A stretch of DNA of 64,000 nucleotides from an uncultured delta proteobacterium (GTDB taxonomy: Bacteria; Desulfobacterota; Binatia; UBA9968), in assembly GCA_963755715.1 (NCBI GenBank), contig CAVWLW010000001.1, forward strand, positions 116,040 through 180,039, read 5' to 3'. The notes under the pieces were generated by a model, which saw only the letters and a program-made list of their open reading frames with translations, ran no database searches and had not been told where the DNA came from. Positions 60,237-64,000 of this stretch are shown in pieces. Each line of letters begins with the position of its first letter. Position 1 is the first letter of the stretch. A program made the translations under genes and the position numbers.

Positions 60237-60816
60237 GCGCGACCCGGCGCGATTTCGGGCGGCGGCCGTGGGTGGGCTTCAAGAGGGGGAGGCCAGCACT
60301 GGGGGCGATGGGTCTCAGCGCTGACGGCGCCGACCTGCGTGATTGTGCATCCTCCGCATCTATCGCGGCGACAACTTCTCGGCAGCACGCTGAGATGGCG
60401 CGCCGAGTGTTTCGTTGGCCTGCGATCGCATCACCGTGGATGGAGGCGACGCATGTTGATCAAAGTGCAACGCACGGGGATCGTCGGTATCGCCGTCGTG
60501 GTCGCGATTGGCCTGCTCTGGTCGGTCGCCGTGATGTCCAAGTGGCCCCCGTGACCAGCGCGGAAATGAGGTCTGCGGCAGTTACCCACCTCTACGAAGC
60601 TGGGCGGCACAAAGCGGTAGCGCAGTAGATGAGCGAGGTCGCTTGCTCAATCAAAGGTGATGACTGCCCGTCACGTCCTCACGCGCGCCGACCCCGCTTG
60701 CCCCGAAAGGGCCGGGCGCAGCAAGCCTCCTGATCGTTGCCTGCGACACGCCATAAGTGCGGGCGATAGCAGCCTGCGGAACGCCCTCCGCAAATCGTTG
60801 GACGGCTGCAAGTTCT

Positions 60817-62473
60817 TCACTGCACGATCATCCAGGTAAAGACATAAGCCTGCAGCATGACGAGCACGCCGACGAGACAGGCGAGTGCGATCGAGTGCCA
60901 GAACACGAAACGCAGGATCGTGCCCTCGTGACCGAACCAGTTGGTGGCGGTCGAGGCGACGACGATCGACTGCGCGTCGATCATCTTGCCCATGACACCG
61001 CCCGAGGAGTTGGCGGCGCCCATCAGAATCGGCGACAACCCCAACTGCTCCGACGTGATCTTTTGCAGGTTTCCGAACAGGATGTTCGACGCCGTGTCGG
61101 AGCCGGTGAGCGCGACACCGAGCCAGCCGAGCAGCGTACCAAAGAACGGGTAGAGCACGCCGGCACCGGCGAATGCGAGACCGAGCGTCGCGTCGACGCC
61201 GGAAGCCGGGTGAGCGTTCCGATCGCGAGCATCGCCGAGATCGTGATGAGCGAATAGAAGCACACCTTGATCGTCTCGCCATAGGCCTTGACCAGCCGGA
61301 CCGGTGAGAACCCCATGATGAAGCCGGCGATGATGGCAGCGATCAACATCCCAGAGCCGGTGTAGGACAGCCAGGTGAAGGCGAACACCGCGCTTTCCGG
61401 CTTCGGTTGCGCGGCGACCGGCGGCACCTGATTAATCATGTTGTGGAGCGCCGGAACCGGATAATTCCAGGTGGCAAATGGGGTTCACTAACGCCTTGAA
61501 TGCTCCGGTGCCCCAGATCAGCAGGATCGCACAGACGATGATCCACGGCAGGAATGCCGCCCATACCTCTGCGCTGCTCGGTTTCGGCCCCGGCGCCGGC
61601 GGCTTCGGCATGGTCGCCGCGGAGTTGTCGCGGCGGCGCAAGAGCCGGCGAGGTCCATATTTCCTTCGGCTGCCAGAACTTGAGGAAGCCGATCAGGCAG
61701 GCCATCGACACGAGCGACGCGCCGATGTCGACAATCCAGGGATTGATGAAGTTGGAGATCAGGAATTGCGGCACGGCGAACGACACGCCGCACACCAGCA
61801 CCGCGGGCCAGACTGCGAGCATGCCGCGCCAGCCGGCGAAAACCCAGATCAGCCAGAACGGCACGATCAGCGAGAAGAACGGCAATTGTCGCCCGACCAT
61901 CGCGCCGAGGAGATAAGGATCGAGGCCGGTCACGCTCGACAAACCGGCGATCGGCGTGCCCAGCGCGCCAAAGGCGACCGGCGCGGTATTGGCGATAAGG
62001 GACAGGCCGGAGGCCGCGAGCGGCGAGAAGCCGAGGCCAATCAGGATCGCGCCCGTTACCGCAACCGGCGTGCCGAAACCCGAGGCGCCCTCGAAGAAGG
62101 CGCCGAACGAGAAGGCGATGAGCAGAAGCTGCAGCCGACGATCCGTGGTGACGCCGCCGATCGTCGTTTGCAAGGTCTCGAAGGTGCCCTTCTCGACCGT
62201 CAGCCGATACAGGAAAATGACGTTGAGAACGATCCATCCGATCGGGAAAAAGCCGGTTACCGCGCCGAGCACGGTCGCACGCAACGCCAGACCCGACGGC
62301 ATTGTGAAGATGAAGATCGCCACGAGATTGGCGACGATGAGCGCGACAATGGCGGCGATATGCGCCTTCACCTTGTTGGACGCGATGAGCACCAACAGTG
62401 TGACGACCGGCAAGGCCGCACAGAGCGTCGAAAAAATCCAATTATTGAAGGGATCGTAAACTTGATTCCACAT
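60817..62473 (-). CDS. L-lactate permease (LctP/LldP family), about 3 frameshifts
   Basis: [61 protein letters not shown]. Confidence 0.92.
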
Positions 62474-62639
62474 TATACTGCTTCCTTCGACTGCGACATG
62501 CATCGACCGGACGCCGCCAATATATCGGGAGCGCCACGAGAAATACACCGAGCAGAATTGAAGCCTGGTCAATTTCTATTCAGCGGCCGTCGAGGCGTCG
62601 GCCAATCCATGACCACGCGCCAATGCCCGGCGAGAAGCG

Positions 62640-63077
62640 TCAAAAGCATTTGGACTTCACAAGGATTGTGAAAGGGTCCATCTGAAAATCGTGCTCCAGA
62701 TCGTGACCAAATAAATGCAGCCAACTTTCCTGTGCCATATACGCAAGTTCTTCGCGTTCCTCCGGGCATGCAAATTTCAATTGCCCGACATTTTGAAGAT
62801 GGTGGACCATTTCATGCACAAGAATGGATAGCTCGGCAGGTGTCTTGCCTTCCCATCCATTCAACAGGAAGATCGTTTTTGATTCATTGCTGTATAAAGA
62901 GACGATATCCGAACTGATTTCAGATGCTGAGATGTCCTTCCTCAGCAGCGGATATTTGTTTAGCGGTGCAATCATTTCCGCCGCGCTTACGAATTGGATG
63001 CGAGGATGGTCGAGGCTTACTGGCAGGGGGAAATTCGCCGAAAGCCACACCGCGATTGCGGTCAGCAGCGCTTCCAT
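62640..63077 (-). CDS. DUF6647-like protein (HExxH)
   Basis: LL..I..WLS, LY......IFL..GW, ELSILVHEMVHHLQ, FACPEEREELAY..Q. Confidence 0.75.
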   Translation of the reverse strand: MEALLTAIAVWLSANFPLPVSLDHPRIQFVSAAEMIAPLNKYPLLRKDISASEISSDIVSLYSNESKTIFLLNGWEGKTPAELSILVHEMVHHLQNVGQLKFACPEEREELAYMAQESWLHLFGHDLEHDFQMDPFTILVKSKCF

Positions 63078-63141
63078 CCTGTTACCCTCCGACAGCGGAT
63101 ATTGAGGTTTTCCTTCTTACCGCAGCGCGACCATGCGGCGG

Positions 63142-63157
63142 TGTGACCCACCTCACA
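63142..63157. promoter_or_regulatory. perfect CRP-type box
   Basis: TGTGA-CCCACC-TCACA about 65 nt upstream of the DUF6647-like gene. Confidence 0.6.
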
Positions 63158-63512
63158 CAGGTGAGCGGCCGATTTAGAAGCGTTTGCCATTCCGCCAATT
63201 CTGCATGTGACCCGCGCCCGGTGTCGGAAACAATCCCCCATATGGACCAGTACAAACGGACCAATGGGCGATCCAAGCGGAGGCACCGTCGCCACGCAGC
63301 GCGCGCTATAGAGGAACGTCTAAGAGATCGAAGCCGAGAGCTGCGCCCGTAAGAAATCAACGATAGCGGCCCGAAGTACTGTCGCTCCTAGCGCTTGCTT
63401 GCTCTGTGCGGTCAGCCAGTAAGCTGGCCGAATCTTATTCAAGCATCGGCAAGTCAGTGTCGCGGCCGCGTTCGGGTACGGGGACCGTTTTATGGGGGCC
63501 GAATAGACGAGA

Positions 63513-63917
63513 TTACGCCGACCGTCTCGCCAATTCGATCGCCTCTCTTGCCTGTTCGACTGTCTCATTGAGCCCGATCTTATTTCTGGCAGGAACGCGT
63601 AGATTTTCGAATGCCGTGGCGACAACCGCAACGCACTTCCCGTCATACTGCTTGTCCACTTCTACGGCGGCAATTCCGTCTGCGTTCAAGAAGACCGGCA
63701 TATCATTCGGTGCGTGGAGCGCAGCCAGTCGAATGTAGGTGCCGAATAATTTGACAACCTTTTCCAATTTTCCTTTTGCAAACGTGCCGCCGGACGCGAA
63801 GTCGATAAAAACCGTGTTCTTAGGCTCATCCAAGAGTCCCGTTGGGCGAATCTTAATTATCTTGCTTGGATCGATCCCGATCTGATTTCCGTGATAGTCG
63901 GTCACCTGAACAAACAT
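63513..63917 (-). CDS. hypothetical protein with two tandem FlbD-like small domains
   Basis: AGGAGGAG RBS; MFVQVT...IGIDPSKIIKI and LHAP....VFLNADGIAAVE...LNETVEQA. Confidence 0.55.
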   Translation of the reverse strand: MFVQVTDYHGNQIGIDPSKIIKIRPTGLLDEPKNTVFIDFASGGTFAKGKLEKVVKLFGTYIRLAALHAPNDMPVFLNADGIAAVEVDKQYDGKCVAVVATAFENLRVPARNKIGLNETVEQAREAIELARRSA

Positions 63918-64000
63918 GCGCTCCTCCTGTAATCGTGGCTTGTTTCGACTTCTGGCGGGAAATCTGTCACCCGGCGTTTTCAGACTTTTGCAACACAATC

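Overview
This 64 kb GC-rich bacterial window has three parts. (1) 1-40 kb is core-like chromosome; gene content suggests a deltaproteobacterial/Binatia-like organism, which is inference only. It holds ribB fused to a degenerate GCH-II, panE, a diheme cytochrome c, MoxR, mltG, glgP, a Tat-exported PaoABC-type molybdoenzyme, holA and a TPP riboswitch with thiSGE. It also holds an unusual MarR-linked operon: CCG Fe-S oxidoreductase, divergent nucleoside phosphorylase, MtnA with a duplicated domain, class II aldolase fused to an SCP2-like lipid-binding domain, and acyl-CoA ligase. That operon looks like a DHAP-shunt-type pathway adapted to a hydrophobic or modified nucleoside. (2) 40.1-57.7 kb is a decaying island at tRNA-Thr(CGT) with integrase, IS91 and IS630 remnants. 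It carries a putative sphingolipid-tailoring cluster: DEGS-like desaturase, bCerS/YghO-like GNAT, two CDP-alcohol phosphotransferases, a GT8-like/ELM1 fusion, an acyltransferase and DUF3108. (3) 57.7-64 kb looks alphaproteobacterial (gloA fragment, tRNA-Glu, lactate permease, DUF6647) and begins at an abrupt double-truncation junction that may be an assembly chimera. Many single-indel frameshifts suggest uncorrected long-read errors. All family calls come from motif recognition by eye; no database searches were run.
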